NCBI RefSeq assembly: GCF_006345805.1 | Contig: NC_043000.1 | Span: forward strand, 20,212,001 to 20,276,000 | From: Octopus sinensis | Lineage: Eukaryota | Length of the DNA stretch: 64,000 bases | Reading direction: 5' to 3' | Shown: piece after piece, positions 26,432-38,383 of the stretch | Numbering within the stretch: position 1 is the first letter of the stretch | Layout: each line of letters starts with the position of its first letter | Program-made: the position numbers and the translations under genes | The notes under the pieces: generated by a model | What the model was told of the DNA's origin: nothing | The model's database searches: none | The model's input: only the letters and a program-made list of their open reading frames with translations

Positions 26432-26583
26432 ATGTTTTTCATTGTTTGATTTGCCTAATAGTGGTTTTATCTCTAATTTAATATAATATAATATAATATA
26501 ATATATTTATACTATAAAATTGGATTTAATCCTAAATCTGATTTTTCCTGTAAGTTTGGATTTATTCCCTAATATTTTATTAT
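26432..26583 (+). repeat. 5' pseudo-LTR copy
   Basis: Identical by eye to 31332-31478 except for one extra ATATA unit. Confidence 0.93.
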
Positions 26584-26640
26584 TAATTAATATATTGGTA
26601 AATTGCGTATATTGAGTGTAATATCTCAACTTCGTAAATT

Positions 26641-29096
26641 ATGGAATTTACAGGTAAGATAGAACCGCTATTTTGGAATTCATCCTTGAAGGATATTCCA
26701 ATACCTTCTTGGAAAGAATATATTTTGAAACTTATTAATAATATTAAGGATTTTGTTTCTAGAATTAAATGGAAAGCCTACTATTATAACTATAATATAT
26801 CTAATTTTAATGATAGCATGAATGATAATTTTACTTCTAATTTTAAATCCAAAAAGGAACCCTTATTTAATAGAGAATTACAAATACTAGAAGATAATAT
26901 TTGGATGGTGGTGAAAAACATTAAATTTCATAAATACCCAAACAGAAATAATGAATATTTATGAAATTTAGCAATTAGAATTAAAGAAATGAGAAATGTG
27001 GATGGTATTATTGTACAATCAGATAAAACTAGGAATCTCTATAAATTGGATGTTAATTTATATGATAACCTTTTAGAGAAAGAAATAATTAAAAAATATA
27101 AAATTATTCCAGATAGTATACTTTATAATATTAATAAGGCCTCTAAATTAGTAATGATAAACTATGAATTGGATAATAAAACTGAACCTTATGTACCTAT
27201 GCACCCTAGAATTACTCTGAAAGACCATAAAGATAATTTTTATTCAGACCCTAAATTTAGATTAATTTGTCCATGTAAATCTGACCTTGGTAAATTGAGT
27301 AAACTTATTTTAGATAGATATATTAATAAATTAAATAAACTTAATTACTTAAAATTATGGTTTAGTAATGATAATACTTTGAATTGGTTTAATAATATTA
27401 AAGATAAAAATCGATATAAATTTATTCAAATAGATATAGATAATTACTATTCTTCTATTAATGAAATTGTGTTTAATAAGGCCCTTATTTTTGCAATTAA
27501 TAAAGTGGGAATGACTTTTGAAGAAGTTAATGTAATTAAAATGGCTAGGAAATCGTTTATAAAATATAAAAATAAATTATGGGCTAGGAAAGATACTAGG
27601 GACTTTTTTGATATACCTATGGGAGCACCAGATTCTGCACAAGCTACGGATTTAGTAGGTATTTATCTTTTATCTGAACTCCAATTAGAAAATTTAAAAA
27701 TAGAGGGTGGTTTATATAGGGATGACCTTCTACTAATTACTAAGAATTGCACTAATAGGAACCTAGAAGTATATAAGAAAAAACTTTATAGTTTCTTTAA
27801 AAGATATGGTTTAAATATTACTATATATAATGAGAATTTTAATGTTAATTGTTTAGATGTTAATTTTAATCTAATTACAGGTAAAACACAACCATATCAT
27901 AAACTTAATGAGAACCTTAGATATATAAATGTTAATAGTAATCACCCACCATCAATAAAAAAATCGTTGATTAATAATATAAGTAAACGTATATCATTAT
28001 TTTCTTATGATTTAGAGATTTTTAATAAACATGCTCCTTATTACAATGAGGCCCTTAGAGAGGCAGGTTATAATAGTAATATTAAATTTTTTATTAAAAA
28101 TAAAGATATAACTATTAATATTAGAGATAAAAATATTAATAATAATTATAATAATTTTGTTAGTAATAGTGGTAATAATCTTAGAAATTATAAAAATAAA
28201 AATAATATAAATAAAAATAAGAATAAAAATAAAAATAAAATAATAACTTTAATAATTCTTTAAATGTTAATTATAAATTTAAATCTAATAATAATAATAA
28301 TAATATGATAAAGAAATATAATAATAATAATGGTAACAATAATAATGACAGTTTTAATAATAAGAAGAAGGAAAATAAGAATAAAATTTGGTTAATAGTT
28401 CCTTATGGTGCTCAAGTTAAAACGAACATTATTAAAGAGATTTTAGATATTATTGAACTATTTATTCGAGATAATCGTAAATATAAAAACGTTTTCTCTA
28501 GTAATAATTTTGGAGTAGGTTATTCTACCACTAATAGTGTAAGTAACATTATTTCTTCTTTTAACAAATTTAAACTGAATAATTTTTATAAAAATAAATT
28601 ATATAATAATACCAATAATAAAAAAGATACGACACTAATTAACTGTACATGTAGAGATAAAACTAAATGTAAATTAAATAATAAATGTGATATTAACGAT
28701 GTAGTGTATAAATGTATAGTTACATTACATGATGAGAATAATAAGAATAATAATAACTCAAACGCGATATATATAGGGTCCACTTCCTCTAAAATAAAAT
28801 TAAGAATCGCACAGCATATGAATTCATTTGAAAATAAAAACTTAATTAACTCCACTGGACTTAGCAAGTACATTTGGGGACTTAAATCCCAAAATATTAA
28901 TTATAATTTATCTTGGGAAATAATTAGTAAGGCTAAATCATATAGTATAGGAGGGAATTTTTGTTATTTATGTTCAAATGAGTTTAAGGAAATTTTATCT
29001 TATAAGCATAATAATTTAGTGAATATCTGTGATGAGCACAAAATAAAATGCAGACACAAGTTACTTTATTTATATAATAAATTTCTTGATAACTAA
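26641..29096 (+). pseudogene. Penelope-like RT/GIY-YIG ORF (~818 aa reconstructed) with one in-frame TGA (26962-26964) and one 1-nt frameshift (~28237-28240)
   Basis: SRIKWKAYY, SDKTRNLY, KFRLICPCKSDLGK, IQIDIDNYYSSI (motif A), PMGAPDS (B'), LYRDD (C), NHPPSI, CTCRDKTKCKLNNKC, VVYKC...YIGSTSSKIKLRIAQH (GIY-YIG), CYLC. ORFs 26641 and 26989 share a frame. Confidence 0.92.
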
Positions 29097-31176
29097 TGAA
29101 TATTTCTTAGCCTCAATTAGCTCCTTATTTGTTGTTTTATGTAATAGTATTCTAAATATAGAAGGTGATTTGTAGTACTTATTATATTAGTTTATTTTAG
29201 TTATTTAGATTCTGTTTTTAATTATAATTAGATTATATATAGTTGTTTATTTTATTACTAAATATATTTTTAATAAATATTTAATGGTTTATTGAATATA
29301 GAGTCTGGTAAGTTACAATTTTATTTATATTATATGTTTTGTTATATTTCTGTTATAATTTCGTTAAATTATAATTTTGTTATATTAATCTATTTGTATG
29401 TAATCTCTTTATATTTGAAATAGATTTATTTAGTTGTTTATTTAATCTATTTTATTTAATATAGAAGTATAGATTAGTAGATTAATTATTTAGATTAAAC
29501 TTAATGTTTACCTCTATTTTGTATTGTAGTATGAATATAGACATTTATATACGTATTTATTATATGATATATGTGGTTGTGTGTGTATGTATATATGTGT
29601 GTATATATGTATATGTATGTATGTGTGTATGTATGTGTATATGTGTATGTATATTTATATGTATGTATAAATATATATATATGTATATATATATGTATAT
29701 ATATATGTATATATATATGTATATATATATGTATGTATATTTTTTATATATATTTATGTATACGTATGTATAGTTATACTACAAATTTTGATAAGTCTTT
29801 ATAGATTTGGTTATGATCACTAATTTTAGCTTATAACTATAAGAGCATGGGGAAAGACTTTATAGTATGAGGAGGGGTTACTATATAAAAATTTTTTTTA
29901 TATATTTATTAATCTTATAAGATTTTTAGAATATATTTAATAATTAGTGGTTTTTAATCATTTAAATCATTTAATTTATTTTGTATTAAGTATTATTTAT
30001 CATAGTTATTTTATTAATAAATATTATAGTATAGAGAGATTTTATTGTTTATTTGTGACTTCATTCTATTTACACTGATAGACCATTAATTTTCCCATTC
30101 ACAATCTCATTGATAAAGCGTACGTTCCTCACGCTTAATGAATTCTTCAACAATTTATTCTTTTTCTGCTAATAACGTAATTCCACGAGTATTCTTATAA
30201 ACGCTGTAAAGACGTTTTCCGATTCAAAATTTTAGTTCATTGCTAAACCTCGCTAAGATAAGTATTTATTTATATTTAAGATCTTCAAATTGTAAATTTT
30301 AATATTGTATAAGTCTTTGGTGTAATAATATTTTCCTTGTGTAAATATCGTTGTTTATGTAATGATCTAATTATCGTAATTTTCTATATTATTAGATATT
30401 AAATTTAAGCTTATTCGTAAGATACTACTTAGCGATGGATTTGTTATTGGATAGCAAGTATACGAGGTGTATAAAGTTAGGCTTTTGTATATACATGTTT
30501 TAATAGCATTAATTGTAGTTTTAGATTTATAATTAAATTAGATAAAATTTGATAAACTTAGATATGTTTCGACTAAAGATTGGTCCAGGCCATGTCTAAT
30601 TTAATAGCATAACTTAGTTATTGCTTTTTTAAATTGATATTAGCTAGTTATTCCCATTGATAATTATATTTATAGTATTTATAGTATTTATTCGATACTA
30701 TATTACTACGAATTGATTATTTCTATAAGTATTTTACATAAGATTTCCGAAAGTTCGTTTAAGTTTGTTTATTTGTATTTCTAAATTAGCTATTTCATCT
30801 TTAAATATGAAAAATTAATTTATTAGGTTTTTATTATATGTGCATATATATTTATTTATAGAGATCATTTTAGATCTTAATTATAATATTTATATACATT
30901 TATATATTTTCATTGATAATTTATATATAATAGTCATTTTAAAATATTTATGTAATTAGATATAGATTAATACCGATATTAGATTATTGGTGGGTTTCCT
31001 ACCTTATAAATTAAAATTAATATTTAACATTATAGTTGATTTTGATATAATCATAATTGTTAAGTTTTATGTTTCTAGTTTGATAATAGAGTTTATTATA
31101 AGTAAAATTATTATATTATTTATATCTTTAAAATATTGTTGAAATATTTCTGATTATATTTTAGATATTTCAATTA

Positions 31177-31243
31177 ACCTGAAGATTGACTGTAACCTTA
31201 ACTCGAATTATTACGAATTGTACAGCCATGAAACGATCGTAGT
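31177..31243 (+). ncRNA. Candidate minimal type I hammerhead ribozyme in the Penelope 3' region
   Basis: CTGAAGA (31179-31185), stem II TGACTGTA/TACAGCCA, GAAA (31230-31233), palindromic stem III ACGATCGT, GTA triplet. Stem I only 2-3 bp and a T-T at 10.1/11.1. Confidence 0.55.
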
Positions 31244-31331
31244 GTTTTACTGTTTATCTTTTATTAAACTTTTAATACTTTTGATATATATTTAAAATAA
31301 TATAAATTAAATTAATTTTATGTATTGGCTT

Positions 31332-31472
31332 ATGTTTTTCATTGTTTGATTTGCCTAATAGTGGTTTTATCTCTAATTTAATATAATATAATATAATATA
31401 TTTATACTATAAAATTGGATTTAATCCTAAATCTGATTTTTCCTGTAAGTTTGGATTTATTCCCTAATATTT

Positions 31473-31478
<6 letters not shown>
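31332..31478 (+). repeat. 3' pseudo-LTR copy
   Basis: Direct repeat of 26432-26583. Confidence 0.93.
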
Positions 31479-31506
<28 letters not shown>

Positions 31507-32220
31507 GCATGCATGCATATAGATATATACATATACATACATATACACACATATATATGCATTTATATGTGTATATACATATATGTACACACATATATAA
31601 CTACATATGTATATATATATATACATATATATACATATATATACATATATATACATATATATACATACATATATATATATACATATATATATATATACAT
31701 TTATATGCATATATATATATATGTGTGTGTATATATATACATATACACATATCCATATATGTATGTACGTATAAATATATATATATATATATATACTCAT
31801 ACATATATATACATATACATATATACATGCATATATGCACATACATTTGTGTGTGTGTATACATGTACGCATGTATGCATATCCCTATGAACACCATGAC
31901 TATCCCTGTCACTAACACTAACACCCAACGGCTCTAACACCACCAACAACAACATCACTAAAACCACCATCATTACAACTACAAACACTACAATCCTCAC
32001 CAACATAACCTTAACAATGACACCCTAGTGCCAACGCCACAACCAAAGCCACTACTTCCCACCAACACTATCCCCACAACGAAGCGCCCACCACCACCAC
32101 CATCAACACAACTGCTATCTCTACCGACACTATCAGCAGCACTACCACCACAACAACCGACAACACCACCATTGTCACTATTATCACTACCTGTATCAAG
32201 CGTTGATGACCTATGTCTTG

Positions 32221-32625
32221 AAGTGGGCCACATGAGACATGATTTATCCTTAAGCAGGCCACATGAGAATGACTCATCCTTAAGCAAGCCACGTGAGATA
32301 TGACTCATCGCTATGCGGATCACATGCGAAATGAATCATCCTTAAGCGGGCCACATGAGATATGGCTTATCCTTAAGCGTTCCACATGAGACATACTCAT
32401 CCTGAAGCGGACCACATGAGATATGACTCAGCATTAAGCCGGCCACATGAGACATGAGTCATCCTTAAGAGGGCCACGTGAGACATGATTCATCCTTAAA
32501 CGGGCCACATGAGACATGATTCAGCATTGAGCGGACCACTTGGGACATGTCTCATCCTTAAGAGGGTAACATGAGACATGATTCACCTTAAGCGGACCAC
32601 ATGAGACATGACTCATCTTTAGGCT
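32221..32625. repeat. 30-31-bp minisatellite, ~13 copies (consensus AAGCGGGCCACATGAGACATGACTCATCCTT)
   Basis: 13 CCACATGAG-like cores counted at ~31-bp spacing, with no unique spacers. Confidence 0.9.
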
Positions 32626-32699
32626 GGTGGCACTTCTTAAAATATTTCAAGGTGATTTACATTAGGTGTGCCTTTCTGTAAATCCTGCGAGACGCAATT

Positions 32700-33600
32700 T
32701 TCCCAAGACTAACCTACGCCAAAGTTCTCCTCAACATTATTGTCACCACAACACCACTGCCACATATAGTAATGTCACCAACACCAGAGCTAAACCACCT
32801 CGCTTGACCTGCTAGAAAAAGTAGCCAAATCTCTCTAAAATCATTATTTATCATTGGAAAATGTTGTCCTGGGTTCCTTGCATGTAAGATGAAAGACGAA
32901 CTGGTCTTGACTGGAAAGCATTTTTGATCATAGATTTGATCAGTTTGTGGCTGACCGTGGGCTGAACACCTTCACAACCACCAACACCATTACCACCACC
33001 ACCAACCCCACCACTACCACCGCCACCGCTAACGGCATCACCTCCACCAACACCACCACCACCGCTACCGATGCAGCCACCACTGGCGACACCACTACCG
33101 CTGGCGTCACCGCCACCTCCACCACTAACAAAGCCACCTCCACCACCAACGACGCCACCACCACTAATACTAAAGCAGACAACACCGCCACTACCACAGC
33201 CAAAGCCAACACCAATAACACCACCACCATCACCGACAACACCACCACCACCTCAAACTACGTCATCTCCGCCACCACCAACGCTAACAACACCACAAAC
33301 GTCAGCAGTACCAACTCTACCACTGTCAACGTCACCTCCATTAATGTCATCAACAGTAGCGCCACCATCACCACTGCTAACACCACCCCCACAAACAACA
33401 AATCTACCACCATCATTGCCAGAGCCACTACCACCAATGCCAACGACACCACCACCAACAGCACCACTCATCACAAAAAACGCCTCCGCCACCAACGCCA
33501 CTACCACCACTAACAGCATCACCACCAGCAACAACGACGCCACCAACACCACCACCATCACCTCAACCAACAACAACAACAACAACAACCACAACAATAA
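32700..33600. repeat. Cryptic (ACC/AAC)-rich low-complexity tract
   Basis: Same composition as 1-2250. Confidence 0.8.
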
Positions 33601-33789
33601 CATCAAACCAATCGATCAGACACCTCGAAACGCAAGAATCAAAGAAAACACTCACCCTCATCGCAATATATTTCAAGAGCATCCCTAACGAGGTTTTTAT
33701 TTGCCGGAAATGTGGTCTCATGTGAATTCCATAACTCAGTTTTCGTCGAAGAGCTAATGCTGATGAAACAAAATGAAAGTAAAAGAGCA

Positions 33790-33964
33790 TAGGCGTAGGG
33801 GTGGCTGTGTGGTAAGAAGCTTGCTTTCCAACGACATGGTTCGGGGTTCAGTCTCACTACGTAGCACCACCTTGGACAAGTGTCTTCTATTTTAGCCTCA
33901 AGCAGACCAAAGCCTTGTGAGTGGATTTGGTAGACAGAAACTGAAACAAACCCGTCGAATACAT

Positions 33965-33985
<21 letters not shown>
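33790..33985 (+). mobile_element. SINE family A 5' half
   Basis: GGCGTAGGGGTGGCTGTGTGG head to AAACCCGTCG, then microsatellite. Confidence 0.8.
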
Positions 33986-34015
<30 letters not shown>

Positions 34016-34043
34016 GTACACACACATCAATGCATATATATAT

Positions 34044-34103
<60 letters not shown>

Positions 34104-34339
34104 GTGTGTGTGTGTGTGTGATATATATATATATAATATATATATATATACTGTTGCGTCTGGGGAGAGTCATTTTTCTTATTGTGCCTTATAATGTAAC
34201 ACACTCACCGGTAAAATTTCCACGTATTTTTTATTTTTATTTTCTTAAAATTTTCGTCGCGTCTTGTAACCTTTTCAATAGTCTTGACGGTAAAATAAAC
34301 TACTGGCCAATTGGATGCCACAACTTAATGTATAAGATA

Positions 34340-36040
34340 TATACAGCATGGTTAAACCTCTTCCTTCAAGAAGTAATTGCATCATCATAACAGAACAAGG
34401 AGTTGAGAAGAGGGGAATCAGGAGATATGCTGAGCAATTGTTAAACAAAATTTCAATGTCAGAGGTGCAGGAGCATCGGAGGAACCTAGTTTCAATGTGG
34501 CTAGATTACAAGAAAGCATTGATTCTGTCCCCCCATTCAATGATGCTAGAAGGCCTTCGACTTGCTAAAGTTCCAGTGAGCACAGTCAAAGCTATAGCTT
34601 ACCTGACTTCAACATCTTAAAGTTAAATACAAGGAGTGATTGTATTATTACTGATGGGATATATTATCACAGAACATGCATGGATATGTTAGCAGAATGC
34701 TCCGAGATGATAGTAACATCGATCATCAAAGCAGTCTACCATGGACCAACAACAGGATTACTAACTCCCACTTTGAAGGGTACGCGTTTGCAATCCAGGA
34801 ACAGGTGGAGTGGAAGCACTCCGTCGGTTACGACGATGAGGATTCCGGTTGATCCGAATCAACGGAACAGCCTGCTCGTGAAATTAACGTGTAAGTGGTC
34901 GAGCACTCCACAGACACGTGCACCCTTAACGTAGTTCTCGGGGATATTCAGCGTGACACACAGAGTGACATGGCCGGCCCCTTGAAATACAGGTACAACA
35001 GAAACAGGAAGTAAGAGTGAGAGAAAGTTGTGGTGAAAGAGTACAGCAGGGATCACCACCATCCCCTGTCGGAGCCTCGTGGAGCTTTTAGGTGTTTTCG
35101 CTCAATAAACACTCACAACGCCCGGTCTGGGAATCGAAACCGCGATCCTATGACCGCGAGTCCGCTGCCCTAACCACTGGGCCATTGCGCCTCCACTCAT
35201 ATCAACTAAATATCTGATGCACAAAACGAATAGAGACCAGGAAAAGTAGCAAAATATAACAACCGATGCAGTTGTCCGAAAATGTTATCACGGCGTTATC
35301 TACCGATGAAACACGATGTAGCTAGGACACTGTATAATGAGATCCGTCAGAAGGATAACCCCGAGTGCAAAGAAATAAGAACCCACAGTATGGTAACAGA
35401 ATGGTAGTAGCCAAAACCACTCAAAGTAAGAAATAGTACGAGTAGAATGTTCCCGTAAAACCCCGATATAATGTAAACATAATAAACCTGACTTAGAGAT
35501 TTGGAATAGAAAAGAGAAACTGTGTACAGTTGGGGAAATAGCTACCCAGCGGATGTTAACATAAAACTGAAGATGCGCGCAAAAGAAAATACCTACACTG
35601 AACTATTGAGAAATCTGATTACAAGTTCAGGTTTATACCTGTAATTATTAGGACACTGGGATATACCAATCTTGAGAAATTAGGCTTCTCAAAACTAGAA
35701 AGCAATTCATCACTGGGATTGTAAAACTCTATAAAACTTTGCAGAAGTTTATCATTTAAGTATATATATGAACATGTCTAGACATGCAATTATATGCATA
35801 AGAATACATACATAAGACAAAACATACACATCTACACATGCACTAACTCCAAATACTGCGCATATACATACATACATACATACATACATACATACATACA
35901 TACATACATACATACATACAGGCATACGAAAAAACTCTCTTGATGTTGTTGAAATTCCAATAAACGCGGCTAGGATCTAGGTTAGAAACCGGCTCTATCT
36001 CTATTGGCAAGAAATCTTGTAAGAAAACTGAATAATGACA
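34340..36040 (+). mobile_element. Degenerate, internally deleted RLE LINE family B with nested SINE
   Basis: RT motif WLDYKKA(F)DSVPHS. 34720-34803 and 35200-35760 align with 7870-8620, and the same 3' terminus appears at 35940-36040. Confidence 0.8.
34812..35194 (-). mobile_element. SINE family R (young), inserted in LINE B
   Basis: Reverse complement of 46604-46987 with about a dozen differences. Splits the LINE at AIQEQ|xSTKYLMHK. Confidence 0.92.
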
Positions 36041-36177
36041 TCTCCCCATCCATACAGCCACCCACCCATCCATCCACCAATACATAAATAGATACATACA
36101 AACATACATACATACATACATACATACATACATAAATACATACATACATATATACACGCATACATACATGTATACGT

Positions 36178-36235
36178 GTTTAGTAGTAGTAGTAGTAGTA
36201 GTAGTAGCAGCAGCAGCAGCAGCAGTAGCAGCAGC

Positions 36236-36266
<31 letters not shown>

Positions 36267-36286
36267 CCAGCAGCAGCAGTAGCGGT

Positions 36287-36321
<35 letters not shown>

Positions 36322-36349
36322 TAGTAGTAGCAGCAGCAGCAGCAGCAGT

Positions 36350-36410
<61 letters not shown>

Positions 36411-36493
36411 CCAGCAGCAGCAGTAGCGGTAGCAGCAGCAGCAGTAGTAGTAGTATTAGTAGTAGTAGTAGTACCAGCAGCAGCAGTAGCGGT

Positions 36494-36564
<71 letters not shown>

Positions 36565-36565
36565 G
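36178..36565. repeat. (AGT)n/(AGC)n compound trinucleotide array with higher-order unit
   Basis: AGTACCAGCAGCAGCAGTAGCGGTAGCAGCAGC recurs three times. Confidence 0.92.
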
Positions 36566-37052
36566 TGATAAATACATACACACACAAACACACACACACA
36601 CACACACGACCACACACATACGAACACGAACGACTTCATCCGTTTTACCCATCACTCAACATCGTCATCTGCCCAAGTAAATAATTTCCTCTGTTCGACA
36701 GACACTCTATCTCATTCGCTTTTGCATCGCTTTCTCTGTCTTCCAACCTCACCATGTTGTACCATACTGCACCATGCTGCGCTAGACTGCAACAGATTGC
36801 AACAGACTGCAATCCATGCTTTACAAGACTAACATCAAGCAAAAGGCTATACGGAATACAAGGCGAATTTATACAGAGACAAGTACATCAAATTTAGCTT
36901 TCAAAATGTACGAACAAAAATAATATATACAATAATTAAAGTAAAATGGTGACATTGATTTCTGCTTTCCTCCCTTTATCTCCATCGTCGTAATCAACTC
37001 TCAATTCGACTTTCTAAAACCAGCCTCGTCAATCAATTTTTATAACCATGCA

Positions 37053-37305
37053 TTGGACGGCCAGGAAGGTGTGACCGGAAGCAGCTCTTCCATCGCCATG
37101 TTATTCGTTAGCTACTGCACACGCATTTTTTTTTCTCTCTTCTTTCTGTGTTTTTCTCTCTCTGTGTATCTTTCTGTTGAAGAGCGTAGGCTCGAAACGT
37201 TAAGACTTGTTTTATTTATATTTCCTGAGCGCCATACTAATACAATTGTTCGTTTGTTTTCACCTGCCTTCGTCTTTTGTTTATTTTCATAAAGCTTCCG
37301 TATAT
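37053..37305 (+). mobile_element. Short Penelope pLTR-like repeat ending at (TA)n with a hammerhead-like variant motif
   Basis: T-rich body, GAGC-GTAG-GCTC hairpin followed by GAAACGTT, terminates in (TA)n. Confidence 0.4.
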
Positions 37306-37312
37306 ATATATA

Positions 37313-37362
<50 letters not shown>

Positions 37363-37745
37363 ATAAATATACGCTAAAATCTAAACACCCGTAATTTCTT
37401 TAGCGATCGATTCTCATCGAGTGGGAACAAATATTACACAAATAAAATAAGCTTCCTGGTATTGAAAGTGATTATTACTTAAATACGTAAATAATTTCAA
37501 TCTGTCAAAGCCCAACCAACAGCTTTTGGTAGACCGTAGGCACACAAGAGACGAAACCTCTTCCTACGCTGCTGTCCATCTTTCCGGTCATCAGTCACAA
37601 ACGTTTTCTATCACGTGTCTTCCTGTCCATTTCTTCATGTTGATCATGCACTCCCTTCGTGTCATTCCTATTTCTCTTTAATTAAGTAATGAATGAATTA
37701 ATTAATGCCTATTATGTCCTTATAAAGGTTTTTAAAGATCGTTAT

Positions 37746-38165
37746 TGTTGTGTGGACGCCCTAGACGATGAAGTAGGCTAGCCCAATACGTAGATATAGA
37801 GGGAGAAGTCTAGACGTCGGGAGTTGAGTTGAGGCCATCGGAACGTGCGATATAACAGTTATCAACCCCTAGTTTGAAAGTGTTGGGCGAATAGGAGTTA
37901 GATCTCTACGAACCCTCTAAGACTCCTGTTTATTACTGACAATATTCAGAGATGAGCTGGTATCTGTTCTTGATTGTATCCTAGTAAACTGAGGGACTGA
38001 GGCAACGCGGAATTAGAGTTCTGTCTTAGAGACAATGAGATAAAAATCTTCTGCGTGTTGTGAAAATAATTGATTACAAATAACATTCCTAGATAATCTG
38101 GAACCCGTTTCTGACAGACAGGTGAACTGGTGTTAAATACAATATTGTATTTTGTACGTGAAACA
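37746..38165. mobile_element. Solo LTR (420 bp) with 4-bp TSD TTAT
   Basis: TGTT...AACA termini. TTAT at 37742-37745 and 38166-38169. No internal ORF. Confidence 0.75.
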
Positions 38166-38172
38166 TTATGAT

Positions 38173-38280
38173 CCTTTCAGGGTCGATAAATTAAGTACCA
38201 GTTCCGTACTGAGGTCGATCTAATCAACTGGCCTCCTCCCCCAAAATTTCGGGCCTTGTACCTAGAGTAGAAAAGCATAT
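38173..38280 (+). mobile_element. SINE family N 3' half
   Basis: CCTTTCAGGGTCGATAAATTAAGTACCAG core and CCAAAATTTCGGGCCTTGT tail. Confidence 0.75.
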
Positions 38281-38349
38281 ACATCACTCTGTCTCTCTTT
38301 CTCTCTCTATCTCTCTCACTTCCTCTCTCACTCTCTCTTTCTCTCTTTA

Positions 38350-38383
<34 letters not shown>

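Larger units (their letters stand above)
26392..31478 (+). mobile_element. Near-complete Penelope-like retroelement, Naiad-type (RT + C-terminal GIY-YIG), with partial-tandem pseudo-LTR structure
   Basis: ~150-bp direct repeats at 26432-26583 and 31332-31478 flank the RT-EN ORF and a 2.4-kb 3' region. The 3' end runs into (TA)n. Confidence 0.9.

Noticed and set aside
30224-31342. 373-codon minus-strand frame from ATG to TGA if TAA/TAG are read as Gln (ciliate-type code)
   Set aside because: The strand is G-poor, so TGA is rare (8 TGA trinucleotides in the interval, all in the other two frames; about a 1-in-10 chance for some frame). The ~29 TAA/TAG codons match random expectation, there is no codon-position bias, and the element's own ORF uses only CAA/CAG for Gln.
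32221-32625. CRISPR-like appearance of the 31-bp palindromic repeats
   Set aside because: Units are directly adjacent with no unique spacers, there are no cas genes, and the context is eukaryotic.
32947-33513. 188-aa Thr/Asn-rich mucin-like ORF
   Set aside because: Lies within a cryptic ACC tract with overlapping ORFs in other frames; no signal peptide or splice support.
36001-36680. Poly-Ser/Ala/Val/Leu ORFs
   Set aside because: (AGT)/(AGC) microsatellite.
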